A stretch of 63,995 nucleotides of DNA, filler included, from Choristocarpus tenellus KU-1152 (taxonomy: Eukaryota; Protista; Phaeophyceae), in the NCBI GenBank assembly GCA_964200185.2. It is 14 parts of 14 records of this genome, joined end to end, with 100 filler letters (N's around TTAATTAATTAA, not from the genome) between each part and the next. Parts side by side here need not be neighbours in the genome. Positions count along the whole stretch, not along the records: positions 1 to 6,725 come from CAXNAD020007482.1; positions 6,826 to 10,760 come from CAXNAD020017064.1; positions 10,861 to 15,146 come from CAXNAD020015289.1; 11 more parts are not named here. One strand, 5' to 3'. The translations under genes were made by a program, and so were the position numbers. Within the stretch, counting starts at the first letter, position 1, and each line of letters opens with the position of its first letter. The notes beneath the pieces were generated by a model that worked only from the letters and a program-made list of their open reading frames with translations, was not told the origin of the DNA and did not search any database. Of the stretch, positions 1 to 12,916 are shown piece after piece.

Positions 1-177
1 GGGGGGGTGGGGGGGGGGGGGGGGGGGGTGGTCTACACCAGGGTGGGTTTCCACTCGGGCCAAACTTACATTATCCATCCATCCATACAACCAAAACCAC
101 CCAAAAATTGCGACAATCGCGTAAAAATGGGCCCCGAATCGACAGCCGCCCCCCCCCTCCCCTAGATACTTTGAGCC
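1..177 (+). mobile_element. MITE family A copy (left end cut at window start)
   Basis: G-tract-GTCTACACCAGGGTG...CCCCTAGATACTTTGAGCC, matching the other family A copies. Confidence 0.85.
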
Positions 178-1778
178 TGCTCTTGGCATCTTACTAAGCC
201 ACTTTTTGTCACCAAGTTCTCTCAAATGTGCTTGCAGGCCGGTGTAGTAATTTCCTGCATCCCTCACCAGCAGGCCCCGTCCCGTTTTGCCTCACCTGTA
301 ATTTCTCTTTCCTTTCCTCACCTATTCTTCACAGGAGGTGGGGCTTCCCACGACATCAATGACATAGGCAGCAAAGTCGAAGGAGGAGAGCCAGGAGACG
401 ACAACAGCAACGACAACAGCAACGGGAAAGGAGGAGGGGATCCGTGGGAGTATAGCAGCGGGGGGATTCAGGACACACTATCCTTGTCTGCAAATAGTAC
501 AGACTGGACCCCTCTCCGTGGATCAGAGTACCTCGACTGTGACAAGGGCGTGAATGAGGTGAGCAGAAGGGAGGGCCCAAGCTGGGAGCAAAGGAGTACC
601 GGTAGTGTTGCACTACTGTTCCTGGTGGCGGGTGGCTGTGTTTGTGCTTGTAGAGCTGCTATAGAGGTGGACAGAAGGTATGGGGTCACACATCAGACAA
701 GAAAGGGATATGAGCGAGAATGGAGAAGAGAGGTGTTGGATGTAGGGAGGAAGTCGTACGCGAAGAGAAATGTTTCCTCTCAATCTGAGGAAGAAGAGAG
801 CAAGGGAGCGAGTTAGACTCTAGCAGATTTGTGAAAGGAGTTGTGAAGTAGCGGTAGAGATCTTATGTACATCGATTTCCACCTCCTGTGGATGGTGCAG
901 GTATGTACATCTAACTCGGGGTAAATTTCTACATAAGTGTAGGTACTGCAATGTTTAATGGACTCACAACCTGACATGAGCAGCCATGCACACATCCAAT
1001 GAGGAAAAAAGAGGCAGGGGTTTCACAAATATTGCAGGGCGTTACACCTCTCCCATGTCAGATTTCCTTCAGAATGAGCGCTAGAGTTTTGTACATCTGT
1101 TTTCTACGTGCCTACATAGGTGGAATATACTTTTCTGTGAGAAGAGGGATTTAAGTTGGTAGTGTATTCAGTGCATGGTGTACACTGCATGCACTACTAG
1201 TTGGAAGAAAGGGGCCAACTGAGTATATCCAAACCAGGACAAATGTAATCTAATTGTGAGGCACAAATGGTAAGGTAGTATCTGTTGCATGTTGGTGTAT
1301 CACACGGTATCAGACATGAACTAACTGTCTGTTCTAAGTATAGTGGTTGGAATGTGGGGCGATTGACAAATACGGAGAGGTTTATAGCCAAAGCAACCTT
1401 GTTTCCAGTGCTTCAAAAGCATCAAACTGATGTAACCTTTGCATCTCTCTCCTGTGGCTTCCATTGTACCTTGAAGTACTTTGGACATGTATATCATGTT
1501 GTTGATATCCCATCCCCCGTCAAAACGATATCATTGAACCCGCCCTGTATGGAGGTTGCCAATGGACACCTAGCAATAGCACATGTCCACATAGATCCCA
1601 AGTCCTCCAACTTCGTTGTGTTCACGCTGATGCCAACGTAGAAACAACCATGGGACTTAGACTTGGACACTTGCTGGGAGGGTAGAATGCATACAAGGGA
1701 GAGTCAGCCAACCATTGTGTGTTTGTTCACAGTACATCATCAAGAATGCCACTAATCCTTCTCATTTCATCTTTGAAT

Positions 1779-2047
1779 CAGTTGAAGTATCTTAGAGGAT
1801 AGGAGTTTTGTCTTGTTTGTCCGTTTGGGGCTTGGCTTCCCACAGGCTTTTAATGGCATTTTCCAACTCTGAAATGTTTTTGAGTAGATAAAATGTATAT
1901 GTTTTGGAGTATGCATATCATTATTATGTCTGGAACAGGATATAGAAACTTTATAATAAACATGATAGCCAAGATTACATCAAAATCGCAACATTGGATT
2001 TTGGCCCCCAAATGGACATGACTCTACCCTCTAAGATATTTCCACTC
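1779..2047 (+). mobile_element. MITE family B, full-length (~269 bp)
   Basis: Inverted ends AAGTATCTTAGAGG ... CCCTCTAAGATATTT; colinear with 52938-53199. Confidence 0.85.
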
Positions 2048-5000
2048 AATACAGATCGGGACATATCACCATCACCCCAGAAGCGTGACCTGGGGAAGTG
2101 ATTTCGATGGAAGTGACTGTGGACGTGAGATCTCCTACAGCGGGAGCGATGAAGATAACAACAATGACAATAACGCCATCCAAGACCGTGGCAAAAAGGT
2201 CTCAAAACGTATATGTGACGAAGGCGAATGGGATTGGGGTTTGGTAGAGAACACAGAAGCGGGTGGCAAAGATGGATCAGCTCCTGATGGGTATCACTCA
2301 CCAACAAATGATAACATGGAGGGGATTCTTAATGCACTGAGAAAAGCTGTTGACTTGGCTGGGTCAACAGCGAATGCAAAAGGAGCAATTCGAGGAGAAG
2401 TTGGAGGAACACACCGGCGTGATTTGCTTAATAGCGTTCAGCACCACAGAGGGGACAGCAGCGGTGCCCTACTTCACAGAGCAGGTAGCCGGGCTGTTGG
2501 TAGGTACCGGGAGACTTCGCATAGAGTACCGGCAATGGTGGGGAAGCGAGGGGAGAGGGTTTCACCTGCATCAAGAGCAAGGTCTGCAAGGAGAAGTGCA
2601 GCCGTTGGTTGTGGAAGGGGAACGAAAGGGAAAGGAAAGGGACCAAACGAGGGGGGTAGCAATGGGTTCAGTGAAGAGCTGTATGCCCTGAGGGGGCTAG
2701 TGAGTAACAGAGCAATGATTGAGGGAGAGGTGGGAGATGTCACAGGAGTCGTGGGGAGGACTGAGAGCGGCAATGGGGTCTTTGTCAAGGTACAGTAGCT
2801 GTAGGAGGTACTTGGGAGACCTTACGGTCATTCTTCCAGCACTGCTTCCCTTTTGTTTCTTTTTTTCCGGTGATTCTTGTATGCTGCAATATCCAGCTAG
2901 AGCTGGGTACTCCTCTTTTAATTTAAGAGTGAAAGTTAATCGAGCTTTTTGGGCACGTTCTCCGTCAATACCCCCAAACAGACCTCCCCTTTAACCAAGC
3001 CAAATCCAACTCTGACCTTGGCCTCGACCCCATCCTCAAGCCGTACCGCAAACCAGCCAATGCCGTTAAATAAGCGCCTCGAGCACCGATTATTACTTGT
3101 GTGAGTGTGTGTGTGTGTGTGTCTGTCTGTCTCTGTGTCTATGATGGAAGTGGTTTGATCCCTCACATCCTCTTGTAGTGCTGTAGTGAATACAAAGAAA
3201 AATAGATCAATACATTATTCTCACGGTTCAAAGAGTGCATCATAGGGTTAGGGTTAGATATCAAGGTGCAGTGCAGAAGAGAGCCATATCTCCAAAGCTT
3301 CCCTTGGATCTGCTCACACATCATGAATCGATACTGTACATAATTTACAGGAGGTACTAATCCTGACCTTCAACCACACCAAAGGTGACATTAAAACCGA
3401 TTTAACACTAGCCTGACTCGGAGGCGTTTTATCAAGACCTGCCCTATCTTTCTGTCACCTCACCACACAAAAGGAAAGAAAGCCTTCTGGTATCCGCCTT
3501 TTACTATGCACACAAGGATTGCATCTGTTGGCGAGGTTTATGCCTCGATCAACACGTACTCCACCTCTTCAGGCAGAAAGTGACCGCTCTCCTCACTCGT
3601 CATTTCTCATACCCATCCATCAATAGGTGAGCTTCATTGATGGGGCTGCTGGCCCTCCTTCCGAACCGTCTGGGGCGATGTTCAGGTGCAAAACCCTTCT
3701 GCACAATACCGGTGTGAGAAAGAGAAAGAGGAAGCCTGAGGAGGGTGGAGCCGAGGGTGAGAGATCGGAGTGGGAGCATGGAGGAAATTTTTCTTTCGAG
3801 GTAGGTACAACGTTGATGGGGGTGACCTATTGGGATTTGTGTTTACCGGTAATTCTTCATATAGCTGGCAACGGGCCTGGTCCAATCCTCCACTTACCTG
3901 ATTCCCCCTTCAGACCCCAATCCCAGATCTATCCGCCTTACACACTCCCCTTGTAGGGTTACGGTTGAGTCCAACATGAGCCAAGCATCTACTCACTCAG
4001 TCCCAAGGAATTTTTTTTTTTTTCTCTTTTTTGCCTTGCCAATAACCTCTTTTCTTCGTACCTGTCCAGCCACCATCAAGAAAAACTACCACGATGCAAT
4101 CTCTGGTACAGTATGGCTATACCTCTTTTGTTCTTTGATTGAAGACATGAGGTCCGGTTGTGGACAAAACTCAAATCATACAAAACTCTTCTGATTGATA
4201 GCTGCTTCTTTTTTTTCCAGTTCTCCTCGGATCCCATTCTGAAACCACACTCTAACACTTTGACCTTTGATGTATCTCACCCATAACCCTCAACCCCAGC
4301 CTCAACAGTAATGACCACTCTAAAACACAACAGGCGTTTCACGGAGGGTACCTTAATGAACTGGCCAAGGCAACTGTTCTGTTCACCCTTTACCAACGAG
4401 GAGGTCACCATTGGAAAGGACGTAGTGCTGGGAACAGCAATCGAAGCAGTGCATGTGCTGGTGGGAGTTGCAGAGGGATGGAGGCGGGCAGTGGGGATGG
4501 ACTGCAGGTTGTGTTCATTGGACAGGTAAGCTTGGTGGATGCACCTAGAGTGGGTGTCTAATAATGCTGGGATTTAAAGGAGTATATGCGCTGCCTCGAT
4601 CTTGGGGACAGGGTAGATAGGAGATCTGGACAAGGGTAACGAGCATAAGATAGGATGGAAAACATGTTCATGCCAAAGTCAGAGGGTGGAGATTACAGGT
4701 TGGTGGAGAAAAGATCGGCAGAGGACAGTGGTGGACGGACGATCTCTTTTCCTTGAGACACTCCGCCTACCACAATCAGTTTGGAAAAAGTCAGTTACGA
4801 GACAAAAGAATGTATTAACAAAACTTCTTGCCATTGAGACAAAAAAAAAGCGAAATGAACCCCCCCTGTCCCGCCCACCAAAGACTCTGCTACCACACTC
4901 ATGCCCGATATAATCTATCAACTCTTTCTCCTCTCATTACTCTGCAGGTGTGCCTAAGCCTCGGGAAGGCGCTATTGAACCTAGGCACCTGCCCTTCTTC

Positions 5001-6630
5001 CCCTCCAAGAAACCCTTGTTGCCATCCCCTCTCCCAAGGAGATCCCCAGGAACAGCCACATCAGGTGGCGACGGGCAAGACGACTCCCTCCCGAGAAGTG
5101 TCACAACATGAGGAACAGGATAAGAATGAAATCACCCGCTGTGTGCCACAACAGCTAAGGGGAGAGGTCCAGGGCTCCTTCACCCTCGAAGAGCGCGGAG
5201 GTTCAAGTGTGTCAGGGATATGTGGGACTGCTTTGAGCTTGCGACTGGCAGTGATTTTCCCTCTCAGCGAGCAAGCATCGGTGGGTTGATGGAACTAGTG
5301 GGTAGGGGTTGTGGACTTGCTTGAACCATGGGTTGATATGTTATTGACATCCTTCCCAATTTCGCAAAAAAAAATTATTTCGCACAACTGTTGTGTTGTT
5401 ATCCCTTGAGCCCTATGGTGTCCTCCAGCAAAACTCAGGTCCAACTTCAATCCCACCACATCTTCAGATCGACATTTTTTTAGCGTTATCCTTGTGCTGC
5501 CAATCCGCGAAGGTGAACAGCAACAGCATAGGCTTGCTTCCAACAAAGGCAGACAACAAGATGAGGAAAGTTACTCGTAGAGCACCTGCAGCTACCCACC
5601 GGGACTCACCACTTATGCGCTCTAGAGCCGAGACAGGGGGGCGACAGACAGCATCACATCATGCTGGAGGGAGGACTGGAGGGAGAATGGAGACAAAGCA
5701 AAGTAGTTGCACCAGTAGATCAGAAAGGCAGGAGAGGTATATGTCCACGAAAATCCGAGATGCTTCAAGACCTGCCCCAGTCCAGGGTCCTGCCCTGGGT
5801 AGAAAAAAGAGTGCAAATGACCTTGCCTCCAGGCAAGGCCTGCAGCGTAAGGACAGAATCAAATGGGAGAACAAGCGTAATTTTTGCCGGCTCCAAAACA
5901 TCAAGAAGAGAGCAGTAACGGCTTGGGGGGTGGAAAGCAACGGGAAACAAAGTTCCCCTGGAACAAAGGAAATATCGGGGAACCATGGGAAGAAGACTGC
6001 ACCAATGGGAAGATCGGCAGTTGGTCAAGGGTTTGGGGAAGAAACGAAAGGGTGTGAGCATGGAAAGAGAATTGGGGGACTTGAGACATACGTAGAGCAC
6101 CATGCGTTGGCAAACAATGTGAGGATGGCGGCAGTTGATGTGGCACGGGTGAAGGAGCGGGTGGATAGTCTTAGAGGTCAGGTGCTGGGTGTGGAGGCAA
6201 GGCTGCGTAGGTGAGCGAAGTGATTAGTAGGGATGGGTCCTGCCTATTGAGGATGACAAGGGACTTCAAACATTAGTCCAAGGAAGTACTATTGTAGTAG
6301 TAGCACAGATCTCGAACTCATTTGCGTTGAGGTTGTTGAGCGCTTTGTGATCTTAAGCCTAGATATTGCCAACCTCCACCCAGTTACTTTTCTTTTCAAC
6401 TGACTTAATTGGAGGGTATCAGATCACTACCGTCCTAGACCCAGAGTAGAAAGGAATCAAGCTCAACACGGTCGGCATCGCTGTAGGGATAGAGGCACGA
6501 GCACTCTTGAAGAAAATACAGGTTATTTATTGTGGCAAAGATGTGGGTAGTATATGGTGCGATCATAAAGGGGAGGGTATGAGGGAACGGGAGATATGAC
6601 AAAAAATCAGTGGTATATATACATACTCCG

Positions 6631-6725
6631 GACCCAAAGTATCTGGGAGGGGGGGGGGAGTCTACACCAGGGTGTCCATTCGGACCAAAATCGGGAAAAG
6701 TGCTTTTACAGTATCCATCCAACGT
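6631..6725 (+). mobile_element. MITE family A, left half at contig end
   Basis: GACCCAAAGTATCT-G tract-GTCTACACCAGGGTGTCCATTCGG. Confidence 0.9.
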
Positions 6726-6825
6726 NNNNNNNNNNNNNNNNNNNNNNNNNNNNNNNNNNNNNNNNNNNNTTAATTAATTAANNNNNNNNNNNNNNNNNNN
6801 NNNNNNNNNNNNNNNNNNNNNNNNN
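6726..6825. other. Artificial contig linker (N44-TTAATTAATTAA-N44), first of 13
   Basis: Identical 100-bp linker with stops in all six frames at 6726, 10761, 15147, 20651, 26988, 30072, 35928, 39082, 47018, 50836, 53793, 57946 and 60852. Confidence 0.99.
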
Positions 6826-6882
6826 ACATTGGATTTTGGCCCCCAAATGGACGCGGCTCTACCCTCTAAGATACTTTGGCTC
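6826..6882 (+). mobile_element. MITE family B, right end at contig start
   Basis: ACATTGGATTTTGGCCCCCAAATGGACGCGGCTCTACCCTCTAAGATACTTTGGCTC. Confidence 0.9.
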
Positions 6883-8566
6883 TTTGTGTTACATGTTCGT
6901 CAAAAACTGCACTTGTCTAAAACCTCGAACTGGCAAATTCTTGGTCAAGACATCTGCCCTCTGGTTTGCAGTACTAACAAAACAAAAACAACACGAATCT
7001 CTCCTTTTCTAGACAAATCCCTCAAAAATGATGTCGGACATCAATGTGCTTTGTTCTAGTACAGCTTGTGGCAGTTCGTACTAGTTTGCATGCACCATCG
7101 TTATCCTGAAACAAGTCAATGCAACGCCTAGGAAACTGTGGCTGAATAAACTCAAAAACACTTCTCAAGAAAAGTAATTCCTGTGCCACACTACTAAGTG
7201 CTATGTGTATTCACTCTCTATGGAAGACAGAGCTACAACTTTTTGCAACTTTGACATCCAAGATATTGCTCCTCCTGCAAACATAATTGCTCCTCCAGTC
7301 ACTGACCTACGATCATTCCCGTCTCCAGCATAACTAGCATCAGCATACGTACTCAACTCACACTTAGTACTAAACCACCAAAACTCAATCCAACACTGGG
7401 ACACGTATTCAAATAAATATGCTAAAATACATATCACTGCACGCCAATGTGTGACTTTGGGATTGCTACTGTACTTGGCAACTTCACGAACTGCATTTGC
7501 AATGTCAAGCCTGGTCATAACAGATGCCCACATCAAACTACCAACTGCCTCTCTGTACGGTGTATTTTCATCAACACTTGGATGATTCTCACTCTTGTCT
7601 AGAGTCCTTGAGAGATCATGGGGTACCGACCTCTTCTTTGCCCCATCCATACCAAATCTTTGACAAACACTCTTAATGTACCTAGTCTGACTGATGGTGA
7701 CAGTCTGTGCAGTTCTGTCACGTGAAATCTCACAATCCATATAATACTCAAGATCACTAAAATCTTCTATGGAAACCTGCTCTTTAATCCTAGAGCGAAC
7801 CCAAATCAAAACATCAATTTTACCAGCTACTAATAGATCATCTACATGGGGGGCTATCACAGCACAAACAATACAATTTCTTACAGAGCGTAACACACAA
7901 GGGTCTGCTCTGCATTGCCCAAAACCACACTTTTCCAAACGTGCACCAACCGATTATTGAACTCTCTGTTTGCCTATTTGGTGCCATAAAGTGCCTTGAT
8001 CAAACGCACAATTTTTCCAGACGATATATCACATCCATCACATAAACGTACAAAAATCTCTTCACTAATATCAGCTTGTATGAATGCTTGCTTTACATCC
8101 CAATGTTTTAATTCCCAATCCTTGTCTGCAGCTAAAGCTAATACCATTTTCAAAGACGCAGGGGATGGTGTTGGTGCAAAGGTACCTTGGTAATCTAAAC
8201 CCTCAATCTGTCGAAAACCTTTTGCTACCAAACGTGCCTTGTATCTAACTACCTCACCAAATTTGTTTGTCTTACGCTTGTGAATCCATTTAGTGCCTAT
8301 TGCCCTGCGTCTAAGGGGTAATGCTGCCTCTACCCAAACATTATTCAACAACAAACGAGACATCTCTTCTGCTCTAGCTCGATCCCATAAATCACATTTG
8401 GGAGAGCTACGTGCTGCTCTTGCAGTCTTGGGTTCTGGAGGGAGCTTATTCGCTAACACTCTAATAGAATCATCACTCGCACATATCACAAGGGTAGTCT
8501 CTATGGAAACAGACAAACAATATCAAACAATGGAACTCTTACACAAAAAAACAGCAGAAGAATCAA

Positions 8567-8746
8567 GACCCAAACTATCTGGGAGGGGGGGAGGGGTCTA
8601 CAGCATGGTGTCCAATTGGGTCAAAATCAGGAAAAGTGCGTTTACAGTAACCATCCGACGTATGCAACCAAATCACCCGAAAATCGCGACATGAAAAAAT
8701 TGACTCCAAATGGACAGCCTCCACCCCCTCCCAGATACTTTGAGCC
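8567..8746 (+). mobile_element. MITE family A, full-length (180 bp), inserted in the Copia element, with 4-bp TSD TCAA
   Basis: tcaa|GACCCAAACTATCTGGG...CCCAGATACTTTGAGCC|tcaa. Confidence 0.92.
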
Positions 8747-9477
8747 TCAAAGAAGCTTGCAAAATGGTGACCTCAGCATCCTTTTTCCACTCCCTGTTAT
8801 CAATGGTTAGGCGGTCTAGTTCCTGGCGTATACGCCTAGCCTCCTGGTGTGTCTTAGGTATGAACACTGCATCAAGGGCGCGCCGCCCTGCACTCGGAGA
8901 CCACAGCGCAATAAATATATGCAAGGCTCGGTCTTGTAGCATGAGCAGCATCGGCTGCCGCGCCTTCCTCCATAACAATAAACGTCTCTCTCATATTCCC
9001 CTTGTCCTCTCGATCACTCCAGGAGATACTATTCTCAACACCCCCCAGCTCTTGGACTGAGAGTAGATACAATGTGTCCTCTAGTCCTCGGGAGATGTGA
9101 AGGGAAGTGAGCAGATAACAAATAAATTACCACTACTATCTCGTCCTCATCCTTCAAGTAGAACTTTAGGATACAAGATTGCATGCTATATTCGGGACAA
9201 ATGCAACAGACGTCAGAGTAACATGCACCCACTCATCGCGCTCAACATTGAAATCCAGATCAATCTTGCCATCCCCCACAATGGGTAGTGATGTGCCGTC
9301 AGCTACAGTCATTTTGCAGCCTTATGGACATGTGGTGAAGTCATAAATGTTCTTTGGGTCTTTCGTCACATTATTTGAAGTTCCAGAATCAAAACACTAT
9401 GTTTCGAAAGCATTTGTTCTCACCTTGCCATTTTCAGTCACAGCGACTAACATGATCCTTAAAACTTCCATCCTGTC

Positions 9478-9670
9478 CTAGCCGGTTCCTCTGATCCAGC
9501 CTCGAACTTCCGCTGACTTTAGCGGATTCGCCCTCTGGCGATATGAACTTCCCACCGACTTTGGTGGTCCTGGCCTAGCCAGTTCCTCTGATCCAGCTAG
9601 TTCTTCCGTCAATTTGAGCGGAGTCGCCCTCTGGCGATATGTATTTCCCACCGACTTTGATGGTCCTGCC
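9478..9670 (-). repeat. Tandem duplication of ~96 bp in Copia gag
   Basis: Two units CTAGCC(G/A)GTTCCTCTGATCCAGC...CCCACCGACTTTG(G/A)TGGTCCTG starting at 9478 and 9575. Confidence 0.9.
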
Positions 9671-12600
9671 TTCCTCTGAGAGCAAACAGCTTGCCGGTGT
9701 CCTTTGCTCCCGCAGCTGTAGCACAGTCCTTTATATGTGCAAGGACCTATGTGTTTTTCCTGTCTGCACCTTGTGCATATTTCTTTAGCCCTGGCCAGCC
9801 TCCTGCGACGGGATCCTGTCATCCTAGGGTGTGTACGGTGACCAGTCGTACCTTGGTTGTCTCCTGGGTTAACCCTTTTTACGGTCCTTGCGACCAGAGC
9901 GCTCCCGGGCTCTCCGCGATCTCCTATCTCTTGTTGAAGTGAGAAATAACGCGAACGAGCAGCTTGTTGTATTGTAGTTCTCGAACGCTCATCTTGTTAT
10001 GGTGCTGGAGATAATGTTTGGTGATCTGGTAGTCATCCAAACAGTCTAGTATGGCGATTTCTAGGAGGACCTGCTCGGACATCACATGCCTCATCATCGC
10101 CATCTGGTCAACCCAGTCCAGCATCACTGTGAAGGTAATTTGGGGATCTGATCGCCTAGGCATCTTGACTGTCATAACTTTCCTTTGAAGTCTGGCTATT
10201 TCCTCATCTGAATAAGGAAGTGTTCATGTAGTTGTTTCCAGGCTCCTGAAGGTGAGGCAGCATTCCGGACTATACGCCAGTAAATACCACTGGTGCTCCT
10301 CAGCAGGACGTCATAAGCCTTCTTGGCCTTGGTGACTTCGTCTTCACTGACATCTTCGCCCTTAATGAATTAGATGTCACCCACTCTGTTGGGTTCCCTC
10401 CTATACTGCAATGCCTCATCAATATCCCCCTTCGACCCCAAAAACGCACGCGTTGTAGCAAACCAGTCTGCATAATTGTCATCCAAAAGCTGAAGGAGTT
10501 TGGTGTGGGTCCCATCTGAGGCCATGAGTGGACTATACCAATTCAAAACAAACCAGTCCGGCTGCGCCTCCCCTAGCTAGAGTTTGTGTTAGGCGCTTAA
10601 GCATGTTGAGAAGCTTGGCGCACATAAGGCTCGTCGCCGGAAGCTAGCAGTTGAATTACATGGTAAAGCACACACTGAATTATATTAATTGCCCGTCAAC
10701 CGTCCATCGTCACTGACGCATGAATGAAAGTTGACCTATGTGAATCATGTGATTCCGTGGNNNNNNNNNNNNNNNNNNNNNNNNNNNNNNNNNNNNNNNN
10801 NNNNTTAATTAATTAANNNNNNNNNNNNNNNNNNNNNNNNNNNNNNNNNNNNNNNNNNNNACCATAAGCAGTCAACAGGGGGTTTCTTTCTCGCAGGCGT
10901 GTTTTGGTGCTCTAACAATTGAAAATCTATATTCATCATTGACTAGTACTACAAGACAACTGAATTGAAAATCCACATTCCCAGTCGGTTCTCAGTGTTT
11001 GGAAATAAATAGAGATAACAGTGTGTCCAAATGCCAGTAACAAGTTATCTCGCCATGTTGTTGGTCATAAAAAGGGTCATTGTGGGACAAACACAAATCC
11101 TCCTAAAAACAAAAGGCATTACTCAACTCTTTTTTTCTTGTTATTAGTCTGTTCACAATCCTCGGGAAAAGAAAAAATGTGGTGCATGCAATGCCGGGAA
11201 TGAATTATCTCACCATGATGCCGGTCACAGGATGGTAGGTGGACTGTTGTGCCATCAATGTATAAATATATATAAATATATCCTCCTGTAAATAGATGTT
11301 ATTTAAGTACATTTTTTCAAGGGCATGTCTAGAGCATATGCTGTGTAAGCCTTCAATATTAGTGGAAGGTGCTACTCACCTTACCCTTGCCACAACCTTT
11401 GATATATCCACTTGATCTGGTAGTGAGGCACTAAGAACCAGGGGAACAAGAACCAAGTAGAGCATCCCCTCATGTTATCCAACCTGTCACAGGCTGCATA
11501 CGACTACAACCCTCTGTCCCTCTCTTACCTACCGTATACAACATTACACTTGTCCACACAAACAGGCCAGTAAAGTTGTCAAATGCCTCCAACTTGGAAG
11601 TATACTTCCTTACACAAAAGGTACACAGAGTGTGAGAATGAGCTAACTATGTATCCCTTCTTTTTGTCCGTATCCCACACTCAGAGGTCAAAGACCCAGA
11701 GCACACAAATCAAGGTCACACACACATGGATGGCAGTATCCCATGTCGCATTGGTGACATTCAAGAACTTTGCAGGTTAGAACGCGGAACTGGCTGCTCA
11801 CTGATCATTACAATCCAACCAGAACACAGCATCTCCTAATGTGAAAGTCTTTGTTTCTCTCAATTCAATCAAATCATTGTATCTATTTGTGTATGTAGCA
11901 GGTGCTTTTGCTGTGCTTGGTGAGGCTTGCTGCCCCATTCAACAATTCACACTGCTAAGCACTAAACATTTTTAGTGTGACACCAACACATCTTCCCTTC
12001 ATCAGACTTGAGACTCTGGGGGGCCCTGTCACAATCTGAGATGAAAAGCCGTGCTTCAACCAGTCCACAGATGTCCCCACTCTGGAGGGCATTGCAGTGC
12101 AAGCATGGCACCTTCAACACTGACCAGCACCAAGCCAACACAAAGGAGATTCAAGGAATGAAAACCTTCCATTTTGTTAAGTGCATTGTACACACTCTCA
12201 ATAAGATTTCAAAGAAAATCAATTTTCTACTCTCAACTACTTTCAAAAATCGACCAAGTCCAACTTCAAATAGTTCAAGAAAAGGTTCTCTCCTACTCCA
12301 TGAGGAAGGACAGGGCTTAAAATTAAAAGCTCAAGCAAAAGCCACGTGCTCTTGAAAGTAGCAAGCTTTCCTATTCACCAAAATACAACACAAATAACAC
12401 AGACCACGTCCTAACAAAGACAAGACTCACAAAAAGTCGTATGCTCTTGTCTAGGGAGTATAATAATAACAAAACCCACAGTAGGAGTCAAGGACTCCTC
12501 TCATGCATCCAAAAGATGCTTCACTCAAACTCATCCTATTTACAGGGTTTCATGGTCTTGTACAGTGCACCCCACGACCCCTCAAAGAGTGAATATCTCA

Positions 12601-12916
12601 TTAATCCACAAAATACTCACAGCACTGAAATTATTTATTTTACAACACTATGGGTAACCCAATTCACACATCAGCTTCACCACATTGTTCAGTGACAAGG
12701 AGGGCTTGTTCTGGAAAATATACAGAACACATAAACTAAAACGAGATAGAATGACCTCCACTTTGATGATTGCACATGCAGGGTGGCAACCTCCAACCTC
12801 TTGGCAGCATTGACCTTGGAATTCTCCATAAAAAACATTGTTGAGCGGAGGGGGATGGATACAAGAAGTCTCCTCTCAACATAAGGACTACTATTTTGAT
12901 GGCAACAATACAAAAA

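Larger units (their letters stand above)
6888..10515 (-). mobile_element. Decayed Ty1/Copia LTR retrotransposon internal region (gag, protease, RT, RNase H; no integrase seen)
   Basis: Gag-like region 10515-9930; zinc knuckle CYSCGSKGHRQAVC; protease CFDSGTSNNVT near 9390; RT motifs KARLVAKGF, DVKQAF, LIKALYG, HVDDLL, PYREAVGSL; RNase H YADASYA, LSSIESEY, TKHIDVRHH. Several stops and frameshifts. Confidence 0.95.

Noticed and set aside
226-6214. Long plus-strand ORFs (196, 237 and 273 aa)
   Set aside because: Low-complexity G/A-rich translations with no recognisable motifs; probably chance or shadow ORFs.
6726-6825. Recurrent TTAATTAATTAA palindrome
   Set aside because: It is an artificial stop-codon linker within N padding.
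10525-10545. Copia primer-binding site and LTR
   Set aside because: TGGTATAGTCC is only weakly PBS-like and no paired LTRs were found.
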